In this document: piece by piece, positions 24,686-37,726 of the stretch
Layout: every line of letters begins with the position of its first letter
Numbering within the stretch: position 1 is the first letter of the stretch
NCBI GenBank assembly: GCA_028534125.1
Contig: CM052818.1
Span: forward strand, 22,756,001 to 22,820,000
Source of the DNA: Lama glama
Lineage: Eukaryota
Direction of reading: 5' to 3'
Length of the DNA stretch: 64,000 nt
Program-made: the position numbers and the translations under genes
The notes under the pieces: model-generated
What the model saw: only the letters and a program-made list of their open reading frames with translations
Database searches by the model: none
Told to the model about the DNA's origin: nothing

Positions 24686-27600
24686 GGGGGGGGGAGGGGA
24701 GGGAGGGAACAAGGGGAGGGGGAAGTGAAGGGGAGGGGACGACGAGGGGTGGGGGCAGGTGCCCTCCCCCAGCGCTGGGCTAGCGAGGCTGAGTGGCTGG
24801 GCCCGGGGAGGCTGGAACGCTATGGGGCCAGCAGGGAATTGGGGAGGGGGACGGTTCGGGGAATCTTGCTGGAAGTGGAGGGTCTTGGGCAGGGGTCCTG
24901 GCCCAAACTGAGGCCTGCACCCGCAAATACGGACCAGGGGCTATAAGAGAATCAGGGTGGCGGCAAGGGCCCAGCCTCTCCGGAACCCCTACCGCCCCAG
25001 CCTGCGTACCCTGGCACCTGCCCACCCCGAGACAGGGCTTCCTCCCAGCTTCTGTCCCTGGAGAGCCCCAGTCTGTGTGACGTCGAACACGTGAGCCCCT
25101 GTCTCAGTGCAAACACTTGGATGCAAATAAGTGCTCGCAGCACGGCGCTTTTCTCGTGGTGATGTTAATACTGCAGGCCTGGAGCCCGCAGGCCGAAGGA
25201 CCAGGACGACCCCAGGTGCTCTCAGCTTCCCCAGGCAGAAACCTAGCTGTGGACCAGGCCGGAAAAAACGGGCCCCCATCTAAGTCTGCAGTAACTGCAT
25301 TGGCAGATCCATCCGCGATTACCCCAAAACTAGGCTGAACAGAACCCCATTCCCCCACACCTAGAGGGCCTGCCTCTAGACAGGCCCTATAGGCAGTGCT
25401 GCCTAGTTGGGAGAAGAGACCATTAGAGGAGGGGGGGGTCTTCCTTTGCTTGAAGGGGAACCGGGCCAGACAGTTTAGCATCACCACAACCCCCCAAAGG
25501 AAGAGAGAATGCCAATCAGCTTTCTATTGATGGACTGTTAACTGGTTATGTGCCTAAAGCTATTAAAGTTATTTTCCCGTGCGAATTCTCTGGACAACCC
25601 CTGTTTTCTCAGCGTCCATACCCTAACACAAACAAAGAACCAAATAGACTTGGATCTGAGCTGGCTCTTCCCCAAATGAACACAAACAAATTTCTTTAGA
25701 GAAGCCAATCCATTCCAAACTACTCCCAGACAATGTTGTATAATAAACATGAAGATGATCCCTAACTGTTGTGGGTTGTTTGGAGTTCTGGTGATTTACA
25801 GATGTGCATTGTTAACTCTGGTTTTGAGGTCTGTGCAGGGATGGGGTGTATCCCCGGAAAAGAAGACTGTGTTTTGTTTGTCTGGTGATAGCATTTGTGA
25901 TGGTTCATTACCACAAATTATTGAGGTGAAAAAAAAATTATTCTAGATAGCTGAGGGAAAGTAAAAAATAAAATAAAAAATAAATCACCTTTGCCTGAAT
26001 TACCTTGATTGACTGTGTTGCCTAAGTTTCTTCAAGTATAAAATGGGGACACTAATTCCACTTCACAGGTGGGGTAAGGATCAGTTGTGATATCTTAAAA
26101 TGCTTTGTAAATCATTCAGAATAGAGCACTATGCAAATAACAGGTGCTTGTTGTTTTTTTTGTTTTAACTCCAGGAAGTTTCAGATTCCCAAAGGTTTTT
26201 ATGCCATAAGTCGAATTGTGATCCTGCATCAGTTCTTTTGACCTAGAGACAAAAAGCAAAAGTGTTCTGTTATGCACACTACATAGCTGTTATTTATCAT
26301 AATCCTTCTACTGGAGATCCCACAGAAAATGTATTGTGTGATGTATCTGACATGACTCTCTCGGTTTCTGAGCTGACACATAAATAGGTTGAATAATTTA
26401 ACTGAAGTCAAACCATAAACTGGCAGCAGTATTCGGATAATTCAGCCCTTTCCTATGACCTAGAATTCTCTAAACCAGGAAGCCTTTCTCCAAATGAAAA
26501 GGACACCTGGAAACCATAAACTGCAAAGGAATGATAATCACAAGCTCTATTAAGGGGTTTCCCCATTATTTTTAAATAAATGAGTAATTTCTACCTTTCA
26601 AAAATATTTCCATATTTCCATTAGTTCCTTGTCTGACTCATTTCCCCAGTTTTGTGCACCTTACCTGGTACTAACCACAATAAATGGGCAAACAGTGCCA
26701 AGAAAACTCCCTCCATTCATACCTACCTCCTCCCCTTAGGAACAGCCTTATCCAGAAGCCCCCCCCACACCCCCCCCCCTCATGAAAGGCCTCAGAGATC
26801 TGGGTGAGGGGTCGGGGGAGTGAGTAGCAGAAGGTAATGAGGAACCTATGTTCTTTCCTTCCTCTAGATTCCATGTATTTAAACTTTTTTATCTCCAGCT
26901 TCTGGGCCAATGTCTTTTACTTAATAGGTGCTCAATATCTGAAAGAATAAGTGCCCCGTGAATGATGGATTCAACATAGAGAACCAGGTGCAGAGCTGAA
27001 TGCAGGGACTTCATCTATAAAACTTTTCACCTCCTAATATTAAAGAGGTGTGCTGCACATAAAGGAGTTCAGCAAATGTTTGTACATTGAAAGAAAACAA
27101 CAACAAGTAAACAAAGAAGGATGGGAAGGTCTGTACCTTCAAAGAAAGCAAAGGCACTCTACCTCCTCAGGCTGCATGGTTCAGATCACAAACATCATCA
27201 ACCAAACCAAACTGCACTCCTAGTTTGGTTGTTCAGCTTTAAGACCTTGAGCAAGTTGCTTAACCCCTCTGATCTTCAAATTCTGTAAATTATAACTAGT
27301 GATTGATTCCAATGGCAAAGGCTTATGCTAAAAACTGAAATATACAAAAGTGTTGGGCACATGTTAAGCTTCATACTTATTAGGTCCCTTCTCTCTATTC
27401 TGGCCATCCTCATTATTAAGAAAGAGGTGTCTCTCAGATCATGCCAGAAATCCCAAGGGCAAATCCCACCTTCCTATGGGTCAAATTTCCTGACATAGCT
27501 GCTATGATTAAAGAACCATGATAAAGGATTGCCAAAAGGTCCAGAATGTTCCCTGTGCAGTCCCCAGCATCCCACAGTTCAGCTGAAAAAAAAAAAAGTG

Positions 27601-28686
27601 GATGTTGCAAGAAAGCTATAGATAAGACAGAGTTGGTTTTTGTCTCAACATCAGGATGGAGTTTTTATACATGCAGAAAAATAAGATACAACTGGCCAGA
27701 GTCTGGGAGCTTTGCGATATTGAGCTCAAGAAAGAAGCCTGGGGGTCTAAAATGTAATTAATCTGAAACCAGACATCAGTCTTTGGATAAATTACTGTAT
27801 CTTGTCCTTTGTGTTTTCTTTGATTTGTTTTTCTCTCTCCCCCCACCCCCCACCTTTCTTTAACTTATGTTGTTAGTAAAATTCTTTTGGGAAAAGGCCA
27901 GTTTGTCTCAGCTATTCCAAGGTGGTCCTGGGTTTTAAAAGTTGAGGACTGTATCCCAGGAGAAAGGTTGGCAAGTGACAGCAAGAATCAAGGCAATGGA
28001 GCCCCTAAAGGGAAAGGAAACCGGGGGCAGAGCTTCCTAGCTTCTTCAGCCATGGAAATTCTCCTTCCATTGATCCTGTCCTAAAAGCATGAAACCCAGG
28101 ACCAAACCCAGAACGTCTTGATTTTTGGAAGTGTATTTTCTGGGATTCCATGATTCTCTCATGCCCTCAAAGGGGAGCAGGCTCAGCCATTTGATTGTAT
28201 TCACAAGGAGGTTCCTTCTCTAGTGACAGCATCGCCTCCAGGTAGTAGAAAAGGGACTGGAAGTCACAATGTGGACAGAGATGAGCTTCTGGAAGGTTAC
28301 CCTAACTGACTAAGTACTTCCTTATTTTATCCTACGAAATGCTGGAGTCCTGTGGTTTTGAATGGGAGAAGGCTGGACAGGATAGGATATGGGGTCAGGA
28401 AAAAAATCCTAAAAAGAAAAAATCCCAAAAGGCAATGGGAAGTGTTGAAGGGACACAACAGGGAGTGTTTGTAGGATGACTAAGGCCGCAGCAAAGAGTA
28501 GACTGGAGAAGGTAGAGAGTCCAGGCCGTGAGATCAGTTGGCAGGTTGGTGAAAAGGGATGATGACCTAGAGTAGAGGCAATGGAATATGAGAGCTGTAG
28601 GTGGGTTTGGGAGAGACTTAGGGGGTTGGAGCCACAGGATCTGGTGCCTTTGGGGAGGCATGGAGTAAAAAGGTAGCACTTGGAGT

Positions 28687-28870
28687 GGGGTGGTGTATAA
28701 CTCAGTGGTAAAGTGCATGCTTAGCATGCATAATGTCCTGGGCTCAATCCCCAGCACCTCCATTAAGAAATAACAAATAGTGCTTGCTTTGGCAGCACTT
28801 ATACTAAAAAATAATGAATAAATAAATGGACATAATTACTTCATCCCCCACCCCCACCCCCCAAATAAAA
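28687..28870 (+). mobile_element. tRNA-Ala-derived SINE (camelid vic-1-like) interrupted by a U6 fragment
   Basis: Head at 28687-28762. The tail resumes after about 28810. Confidence 0.82.
28780..28809 (+). pseudogene. 3'-truncated U6 snRNA retro-fragment (first ~30 nt)
   Basis: gtgcttgctttggcagcacttatactaaaa versus the U6 5' end GTGCTCGCTTCGGCAGCACATATACTAAAA: 27/30 identical, and two of the changes are CpG transitions. Confidence 0.85.
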
Positions 28871-29481
28871 GAAAGTTATGAGCAATTGGGTGTGATTCAG
28901 TGAGTAGAAAATATAAGAGTAGAGGCAAGTTGGGGGAAGAGGGGTGGTTGACAAGGTCAGTTTTAGACAGGTTGTGTTCAAGGTGCCTTTGGAAACATGC
29001 AAGTGTATGTTTCCTCTTTAGGAAAGAGGTGGTTGTACAGGCCTGGAGTTTGAGAGATCTGGGCTAGAAATACCCTCTTCTGTGTCACCATTAGGGCAGA
29101 TCCCAGTCTGTCCTGTCTGAGGAGTAAGCCAAACCCTGGCCCCAGGGGAAGAAGCAGGTTTCCTGAGTCCTCCTGCTTGGGAGAAAACAGGTTTAGCCGG
29201 TCCAGGTTCAGGAGATCAGAGTCCAGGTCCAAATGTGCAAACAGGCAGGTCATGGGCAGAGAGCCTCACAAGTCACTGACCAAGACAGATGGTGAAGACA
29301 AGGGGCAATGCCCAGGACTGTGAGATGTCACAGGCAAAATTCTCAGCTAGAGAGAGAAGGTTGTGCTCCCAGCACGTAAAAAGCAGCTGGGGTGGGGAAT
29401 GAAAAGAACAGGAGAAGGGAAGGGACACCACCTGAAAAAGCAACTCTGACTATTCCCTACCTCACCCTCTTGCCTCTAAGG

Positions 29482-29942
29482 TGGCATAATGGGTGGAAAG
29501 GTGGTCCCCCAAAATATATATCCATCTGTAACCTGTGAATGTGACCTTATTTAGAAAAAGAGTAATTGCAGGTGAAATTAGTTAAGGATCTAGAGATGAG
29601 ATCATCCTGGATTAGAGTGGGCCCTATAGCCAACGACAAGTGTCCTTATATGAGACAGAAGAAGAGAGGGCACAGAGTGAAGAGGAGAAGGCATGTGAAG
29701 GCTGAGGCAAAGATTGGTGTTATGAGCTATAAGCCAAGGCAATGCCAAAGATTGCCAGCAACTACCAGATACTGGGGGAGAGGCATGGAATGGATTCTCC
29801 CTCATAGCCCCCAGAAGGAACCAACTTTGCCAGCACCTTTATTTCTGGCTTCTGGCCCTTATAACTGTTCAGAACAAATTTCTATTATTTGAAGCCACCT
29901 AAATTGTGGTAATTTGTTACGGCAGCCCTAGGGACTAATACA
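29482..29942 (+). mobile_element. MLT1C/D-like MaLR LTR
   Basis: aacctgtgaatgtgaccttattt...gagatcatcctggatta...ggtaatttgttacggcagccctagggactaataca. Confidence 0.8.
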
Positions 29943-30419
29943 GATGGTAACCACCACTCAATTTTAAGTAAACATAGATTCAGCCAGAAAACACTGAGCA
30001 CTGTATGCAGAGACTAAGGAACATGGAAGTGGAATAAAAGAATAAATGAGAGATACACAGAGGGGGCCCAACACCACTCCATTAAGTCCTGCTCAAAGCT
30101 TTCAGACAGAGCTCAATTTAATCTCGTCTCAGTTTGTCTCTCCTTCCAGCTGACATGGTTGGCTTAGTGCTAAGAGAAAAAAAGCACCCAGATGCTATGT
30201 CCCTTAGCTAAGGGCCAAAGGAAACATCCCAAATTTTTTCTTCCCCAACTCACCTGTGAGATATCACATGTTCCGATGAACAAGAGCTGATTTCCAATAA
30301 GATAATGCACCAATTAACCCCTTAATTGGGTTTCTTTGTCAGGAAGCACTCTGGTTTTTCAAATCGACCCTTGTATGGCGCGGGGGATACTAAGAAGATA
30401 AGACTTGCCTACAAAAATG

Positions 30420-30970
30420 CCCTTTCATTCAACAAATAGGTCATGAGCACTGTTAAAAGCATTGAGGTTACACCCGTGAATAAGATAGGCAAATCAGCTG
30501 TCCCCCTAGAGCTGGTATTCTAGGGGAGAAGGCAGAGAATGAGCAAGTAAATCGATGAGTAGACATGCCAGTACACAGCGGTAAATGTTCTAGAGAAATT
30601 AAGTCAGGATAAGGAAACAAAAAGTGATGATGGTGGTCAGAGAAGTCCTCTTAGATGTGGTAAGAACTGAAAAGAGGCCTCATGATAGGATGGAGTGAAC
30701 CACTGGGACATGTGGGAAGCAACATTCTAGGCAAGGGAACAGCAAGTGCAAATTCCCCAAATCAAGACTCAGCCTGACCTGATCCAGACCTAGGAAAGCC
30801 AGTGTGAGTGGGAGATGAGGTCAGGGAGGTGAGTAGAGTTGGATACTGTAGGGCCTGGTAGCCATGGTAAATTGTTTGAATTTTATTCAAAGTGTAATGG
30901 GAAGCCTTTGAAAGCTATTAAACATAAAAGTGACAGGGATCTGATTTATGTTTTTAAAAGATCACCTGGA
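30420..30970 (-). mobile_element. L2 LINE fragment
   Basis: cattcaacaaata start and attctaggcaagggaacagcaagtgcaaa motif. Confidence 0.6.
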
Positions 30971-31129
30971 ATATGAGGAACACAAAAGAGGAAGGGGCCA
31001 GTCTGGACTTCTAATTTTAAAAAAGCATGACTTCTCTGCAGGCATGAAACCTCCTCTGGGCACTAGGAATTCAAAAGTTATCAATCCAAAGTTTATCGTG
31101 ATGAAAAACCAAAACTCCTCCTGTGTTTC

Positions 31130-31440
31130 ACTTGATGTAACAGTGAAAGAGACTCCTTCCGACTCAAACTGTAGTTCTGAGATCATATTGAACAACATCC
31201 AATCGTGTAGTCTGTAGTTCTTCTTCATCCCCAATACTGTAACTTTTTCATAGGCCATTCAGCTTTCTTTCAGATGAACTACATCCTGGTCACGAGGCAC
31301 ACGGTAAGACCAGTGAATTCTATGAGTATAAGCCACTAGCTGCATTTTTTCATCTTAAATAAAGCCACTTACTGCATTTTTTCATCTTAAAGTTTCTTGG
31401 TTGTAAGTGATGCTCTGTGTAATATCATAACTGGAAAGAA
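31130..31440 (-). mobile_element. ERVL internal (integrase) fragment
   Basis: Minus strand translates IHWSYRVPRDQDVVHLKES then a frameshift to NGL, resembling ERVL integrase IHWSYHVPHHPEAAGLIERWNGL. Confidence 0.65.
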
Positions 31441-31889
31441 AGCCTACTGAAAGTTAAAAAAAAATCACTTAGGCTGCTGTACAGGGGATGGACTGTGTGG
31501 TATGGAAACACAGAGACTTATTAAGAGGCTAACATACTTCAAGAGAGAGGTAACAAAGGCTTGGAATAGAATGATAGCCAACGCGGTCAATGGAGAGAGA
31601 TTTTTAAGAAAGCCAATAGCCCTGGCTGAAGGATTGGATGTAGGAGATGAGAGGACAAAATCAATGGACATTAGTACTTCCAGGTGTTTGTAGATACCTG
31701 TTTGGAGGTGTTAAATAGACAACCGAGCTCTGGAGCTTAGCAGAGAGGCCCAGACTGAGAATGCAAATCTGGGAGTCACCACTACGTAGACAGCCCATGA
31801 AGCTGGGGACTGGTCAGGTCACGTGGGAGAGGGTATAGATGGAAAACAGCATGGAAGCCTGAGCCCCGGGGCAAGCCAGCATTAAAGGC

Positions 31890-32043
31890 AGGGGTCGGTT
31901 CTGCACCCTGGCTACATCAAGGAAACTGCTAGGCCCCACCCCTAGAGATCCTAATTTAATTAGTTCGGAGCAGGTCGGGATTTTCCGTCAAGGAGAAAAA
32001 AATCCTCAGGTGATTTTAAGGGGCAGCCAAGATTGAGAACTAG
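31890..32043. mobile_element. MER5-like hAT MITE
   Basis: ggccccaccc.agagat and caggtgatttt..gcagccaagattgagaac motifs. Confidence 0.55.
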
Positions 32044-35039
32044 TCAAGTAGTGACCAGAAGAGGAGAGCCACCAAGGGGGACTGAGGAGTAATGAGGAAG
32101 CTAGGAAAAAAGCCTGAGGAGTACAGGTCTCAGAAGCCAAGTGAAAAAGGGAGGAGCCCAACTGTGACAAACCAGAGCAACCAATCCATCACTGGGTTTG
32201 GCAAGATGGTGGTCTTCAGAGGCCAACTCCCCTGCCATCTTTTTTTTGGGTGGTCTCTGACTGTCCAAATCCTGGGCAGCTCAAAAGGAACTGGTAGGGT
32301 TCTGGCCCTAGATGTTCTAGGGTGTAGGTGACTCCAAGAGCAGAGAAGGGGGGGCTCGTGAACCCTGCCAGACTGAGGAATGGAGACTAGAATTTGCTCC
32401 TTTCATCAGCTACTTTTATCTTTAGCCACATATTTGTAGCCGCTGCCCTTTCTAAAAGACACTGAGGGAAGTTTATTTGCACTCTTGATTTCAAAAAGGA
32501 CAGAAAATATTGGAGGGCTCAAAGCTAAACTTTGAACTCCTGGATAAATAAACTGTTGTTTATGTTTCCTTTTATCTCTGCAAAGTTTTGGAGGAAAAAA
32601 GCACAAGCAGAACAGAGCTGCCCCAAGGAGCTTTTACGAAGCCAGGCCAGGACCATATTATTATAACTAATGCAGTGTTTCCCATTTAATTGCACAGATC
32701 AGGGCACGGAGGATCTGGCTCCAAAGAGAAGACACCTGCAGGCAGTTTAACCTTTGTGAGATTTCAGCAAAGGACACCTAGCACCTGTCCAGCCCATCAC
32801 TGGTTGCTTTCTGTAAGAGGGGACAAGTGTCCATCCCCTGGAAACCCTGACTCTGCCCACCTCCTCCTCTACATGTTTCTGGTTTAGTGGGGTAAAATTT
32901 GGACTGTGTTCTTAGAATAGAGGGTGGAGTCCCTGTCAGAAGCCAGAATTCTGGAGGTGGAGGTAGGAGAAAATAATTCCAACATTTCACGGAGTCTTTC
33001 TTCCTGGGCCCCTTAATCTGGCTGCCCTTTGCATCTGGTGTCCTCATCCTGAGCTCCACGCTCACACAGAACCTAGTTTGGACCCTCTCTATAGGTGGCC
33101 TGAAGCCTCTCACCAGGTCGGAGCAACCTCAAAAACAGAGTCTGAAGTCTCACAGTCTGTGGCCTTGGTGTTCCCACCTCTTCCCACTTCTCCCACTCTC
33201 CCCACCAACACACACACCTCACAAGGCCCCTCAGATATGGGCTGGAGTGGGGACTGCTTGCCAGTCACCATCACTCCCTCAGGAGTAGCTTTGAGGTGAA
33301 GCCTTCAAAGCCCAAGATTGACTTCTCCATCGTAGCCCAGCTTCTCCCAAAGCAGTTGCAGCAGAGGGCAGGCCCTGAGACTTGAGGGATGGAGTGACTC
33401 CCAGCCAATGGTATGTTGCTGGAATCTGATGCATTATTTATGATTGGCTCCCAGGCATCAGGGGAAATGGAAAAGGCACTTGGGTCTGTGTTGATTAAAC
33501 TAAATATTTAAACAGGAATCAGAAATTGAGGTAAAATCCATTTCTCTTCAGTAAAGCAGAGAGTGCCACAAATGACTTCAAGGCTGAAGACTTGGTAAAC
33601 ACCATGCAGATAATAAGGGAAGGCTGAGGGCCCCTGTCCTCCTCCACGGTCAGCTCCCAGCTCCCTCTCCAGACCAGATCTAAAGGGTTTGCAGGAATCT
33701 TGGGGGTCAGAGGAGGGGACGGGAGATGGAGAAGCAAAGGGATGGTTTGAGAGCCACTGTAGGAATGAAAGTAGGAGACACCAGAATAAAGTCAGGCTGG
33801 ATTCATTCCTCTGGCTTTTTTCTCCATTTCCCCGTCTTGCAAGATCTGTTCTACTATATTTGCCCACGTTATTACCCTTACCTTTTGATTAGCTGGAAGG
33901 AAGATGACGGAATATTGGGCAACCATGATTCTTATCTCAGCTGAGACAGGTCCCAATTAGGAAACCGTCCTTCACCTGCTCCACACAAATGTAGAGGAGA
34001 CCCTACACAGAAAGGACACAGGGAAGCAGGGCTCTCCATTTACAATAGCAAGAAATCTCCAGATATGAGGTAAGAAGGGATCTCAAAAAGTAATTTCCTG
34101 GTGGAAAGAAGCAGTTGTTATTTGGCCTGGCTTCTTCTGCTGTGTTTTTTCCTCCCAGTGGGGTCCCTCACTTGTATTTCCACAGCAGTCACCATTCCCA
34201 CTCCCCAGGGAAGTGCTTTTTCTCAGTACCCACATGAACAAATGCCCTTATCCTCCTTTCCTCTAAAGACAGCTAAGACAGGCTGACATTTTCAAAATTA
34301 ACTTTTATAAGAACTTAGGAGAGAAAAGGAAATAATTGCAGAAAATACAAATGCAGAAGTTCAATTCAGTTCAACATTTCTTGACAGTCTTATGTTTAGT
34401 TTGATGTACTGTACCTTGGGTTACCTTGATGGATAAAATAGATTTCTAGCTCACTATCCAATAGAAGAGGCAGGCAATTAGTATATGATGAGTTATAATT
34501 TAATAAAATAAAAGCCATAATTGCCCAGAATAGGTGGCAATTAATATGGCCTGCTGGAGGGGCAGAGCTGGTCAGAGAAAACCTTGAGAGAAGGTGATAT
34601 TTGATCTGGACCATCAATTAAAATAAAAACTTTGCCTAGTAGAGTCAGAAAGGACATTCCAGACAGAGGGAACAGCATATAGGAAGAATATGTATGATAT
34701 GTGAGAACCAACTGGAAACTTGGTTCAAAGCCAGATTATAAAGACTTTAAATGCCAGGCTAAGGAGTTTGACCTAATCCTATAGGGCCTAGAGGCAGTGG
34801 GGAGCTAACACGGTTATACCTGCATTAAGTAAGAAAGATAGTAGTGGTTAAATTTTAATACATTGGCACTTTAGTTTTTGTAACAGTCTCCCATGAGTTA
34901 AGTTGACATTAATATATAAAGTTCCTGGTCCTGCAGAGCTGACAATAGAGCATGGGCATCCATGCTCCCTACAAAACTTTTCTTTAAATTCAACAGAGAG
35001 AAGTATTTGGAAAGACACAGGGTAAATTAGAGCTTATTG

Positions 35040-35645
35040 TGTTGATGCAGGAAAATGGGGCTCAAGAGGATGGCCACGTCCCAGGTCTTGACTCACTCCA
35101 CCAAGTGAGAGTCCTTGGCTTCATGCAGGGAAAAATTCAAGAGAAAGCCACAGTAGAGTGTAGGTAGATTTACTCAGAGAGATAACACACTCAATAGACA
35201 GAGTGAAGCCTTCTCAGAAGGCCAGAGAGGCCACAAGGCATAGGGGTGTTTAAAGCAAAAGTAGATTTACACGCTCCATAAAAAAAGTGTGGGCTGTTGG
35301 GAAGGCAAGAGAGAGAGAGGAGAGAGAGGGAGAGAAGAAAGAGAGAGACAGGGAGAGTTGGGGAGAGGGAAAGGCTAGGTAACTTTGTAAGCAAACAAGT
35401 GGGAGGATTATTCTGACTACTTTGGGGAAGGGGCTGGGATTCCCAGGAACTGGGCCATCACCCACTTTTCCACCTTTTATGGTTAGCCTTGAAACTGTTG
35501 TGGTCCTTTAGCATGCTATTGTATTTTCTGTATTTTCGTGAGTGTACACTGAAGCTCAGTCTACTGGGAGTTGAATCTTGGTGCTAATTGTTGTGTCATT
35601 CTTTTAATGGTTGTGTCCCGCCCCCTTCCCTCGTGCCTCCGTGTA
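35040..35645 (-). mobile_element. ERV1-type solo LTR
   Basis: TG start, gtccttggcttcatgcagggaaaaattcaagag and gggctgggattcccaggaactggg motifs, and an internal GA-rich tract. Confidence 0.55.
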
Positions 35646-35668
35646 AGTTCCATTCTCTTTTATCTTGG

Positions 35669-36000
35669 TATTATGGACTGAATATTTTTGTCCCCACAAA
35701 ATTCGTATGTTGGCATCCCAACCCCTAATGTGATGGTGTTAGGAGGTGGGGTGTTTGGGAGAAGGTTAGGTCACAAGAGTGGAGACTTCATGAATGGGAT
35801 TATAAAAGAGACCCCTCTTGCTACCATGTGAGGTTACAAAAGGAAGTCTGCAACCCAGAAGAGGGTCCTCACTAGGACCTGACCATACTGGCACCCTGAT
35901 CTCAGTCTTACGGCCTCCAGAACTGTAAGAAATAAATTTCAGTTGTTTATAAGCTTCCATTCTATGCTATTCAGTTATAGCAGCTCAAACTGCCTAAGAA
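35669..36000 (+). mobile_element. MLT1A-like MaLR LTR
   Basis: tatggactgaat...gaccatactggcaccctgatctca...cctccagaactgtaagaaataaatt...gttatagcagc. Confidence 0.8.
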
Positions 36001-37726
36001 ACTTTGGGAAGGTGAAAATGAACCAAATATGAGGAGAAACAGTGTTATTGCCTGAGGACCCTTCCTATGTGTTGGCTCCCACTTCAAAAATCCCAGCTGT
36101 CTGAGGTCTTAGGAGTCCTGGAGGATGAGGTCACCCAAGCCCTAGAGAATTCTTGTCCAGAATAAGCAGATGAAGGTTTGGGGGCTCCTATGAGAAGTGG
36201 TTATTTAGGAATAAGAACTTGAGAGAGGTGGTAATCCAAGCCTGTGAGACTTCTGACGATGGGAATGTGTATATTTTTAGGAACCAGGAAATTATTCAAA
36301 TTTGAGAAATATGAGGACTGAGTTTGCCCAGGCCTTTGAAAAATTAACTGAAGAGATAATAGATGGCAACTTATGACAATTTTAAGAAAGGTAAATATTA
36401 TGCAACTTGAGAAGAAATGCTGGCTAAGGATTGACCAAAATGTGTAACAGTCCCAAGGATATGGCCCTGTGTTCCCTCTGTTGTCCCCCTCTGGGCACTA
36501 AAGATGGGTGAGTTCACACCTCCAGGTGAAGGGGCCCTGATCCTCTTTCCAGAATCAAGTATAGAAACATACATTTTAAAATTTATTTGTTCACAGAAAC
36601 AAGGTTAGACATCTCTAAAACGATTTGAATGTCTACAAAATATAGGAAAATACCCCCTGCCCCCCCAAAAGAGCTAAGAAAAATAACATTAAGTGAAAAA
36701 AAGCAAGCTTCATTAAAATACATATGGTCCAATTGCATTTAGGAAAAACCAAAAATTGGATTATTTGTAGTGTAAATACATAGACATAAATGGATAGTAG
36801 ATTGGCTACAAACGTCTGCAGTCAACAGTAGTTACCTCTGGGGACAGAGAATGGAAGGTATGTGAAAAATAACTCAATTTTCTTCTGTATACTTCCATAT
36901 TGCTTGAAGTTTTTTTTACAATGGGAATGTATTATCAAATATATTTTTTGAATTAAGGAAAAATTTAAAAATCAAGAACATAAACACAAAATTATAAAGT
37001 AGAAATTTCTGAAATCAGCTTGATCAGTCACTTCTTTTGGGTTTTCAGCCTGGAGCCCTGTTCCTTGCACCAATCAACTTTTCATTTTTTCCTTAAATTA
37101 ACTTGAATTAGTTTACATAAACCAAAACAAACAAACAAACAAACAAAACAAAAAACAAAAAAACCCCAAATCCCCCCAAAACAAACAAAAAAACCCCATC
37201 CTAACTACTCTAAGAGCATGTCAGATCATGAGGGTCTGTGTACCCCAGGCTAAGAAGAAACTTGATTATTATGTGGAGACGACAGAGGATCACTGAAGGG
37301 TCTAAAGCAAGGATGTAACAAGCATTTTAGAAATACCTCTCAGAAGCAGTAAAGGCGGACCAATCTGAGAAGTGTAGGTCTGAAGTAGAGTCCAGTTACA
37401 AAAAGCTTTTTCCATAGTCCAAGTGAGAGATGATTTTAAGACAGCCTTCTTCATATTCTACTTTAAACTTATGGACTGACTAATGTTCACTTGCAATCTG
37501 TATTATGCATTCATTTCTCCAAGAGAGAGAAGGAAAGAATAACCGAGTCCCTAAAATAGCTACAAGAACTTATACACTATTCTGTCAAAGTATGGTGTGC
37601 ATAACAGCAACCTGCTCTGGTTCTCCGGTCTCTCACAATCAAATCCAGACTCCTTTGCACAGTATTCAAGGCTAGCTCTTTACAATCTGGCCCCAACTTC
37701 CCCTTCTTAGTCTTAAAACCCACCCC

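Larger units (their letters stand above)
23850..25330 (-). promoter_or_regulatory. MTA3: MTA3 CpG-island promoter, 5'UTR and start of intron 1
   Basis: Very high GC and CpG density around exon 1, with GC boxes and G-tracts. Confidence 0.85.

Noticed and set aside
24479..24946. Plus-strand poly-proline ORF (155 aa)
   Set aside because: It is the translation of the GCC repeat and CpG island antisense to MTA3, with no independent coding evidence.
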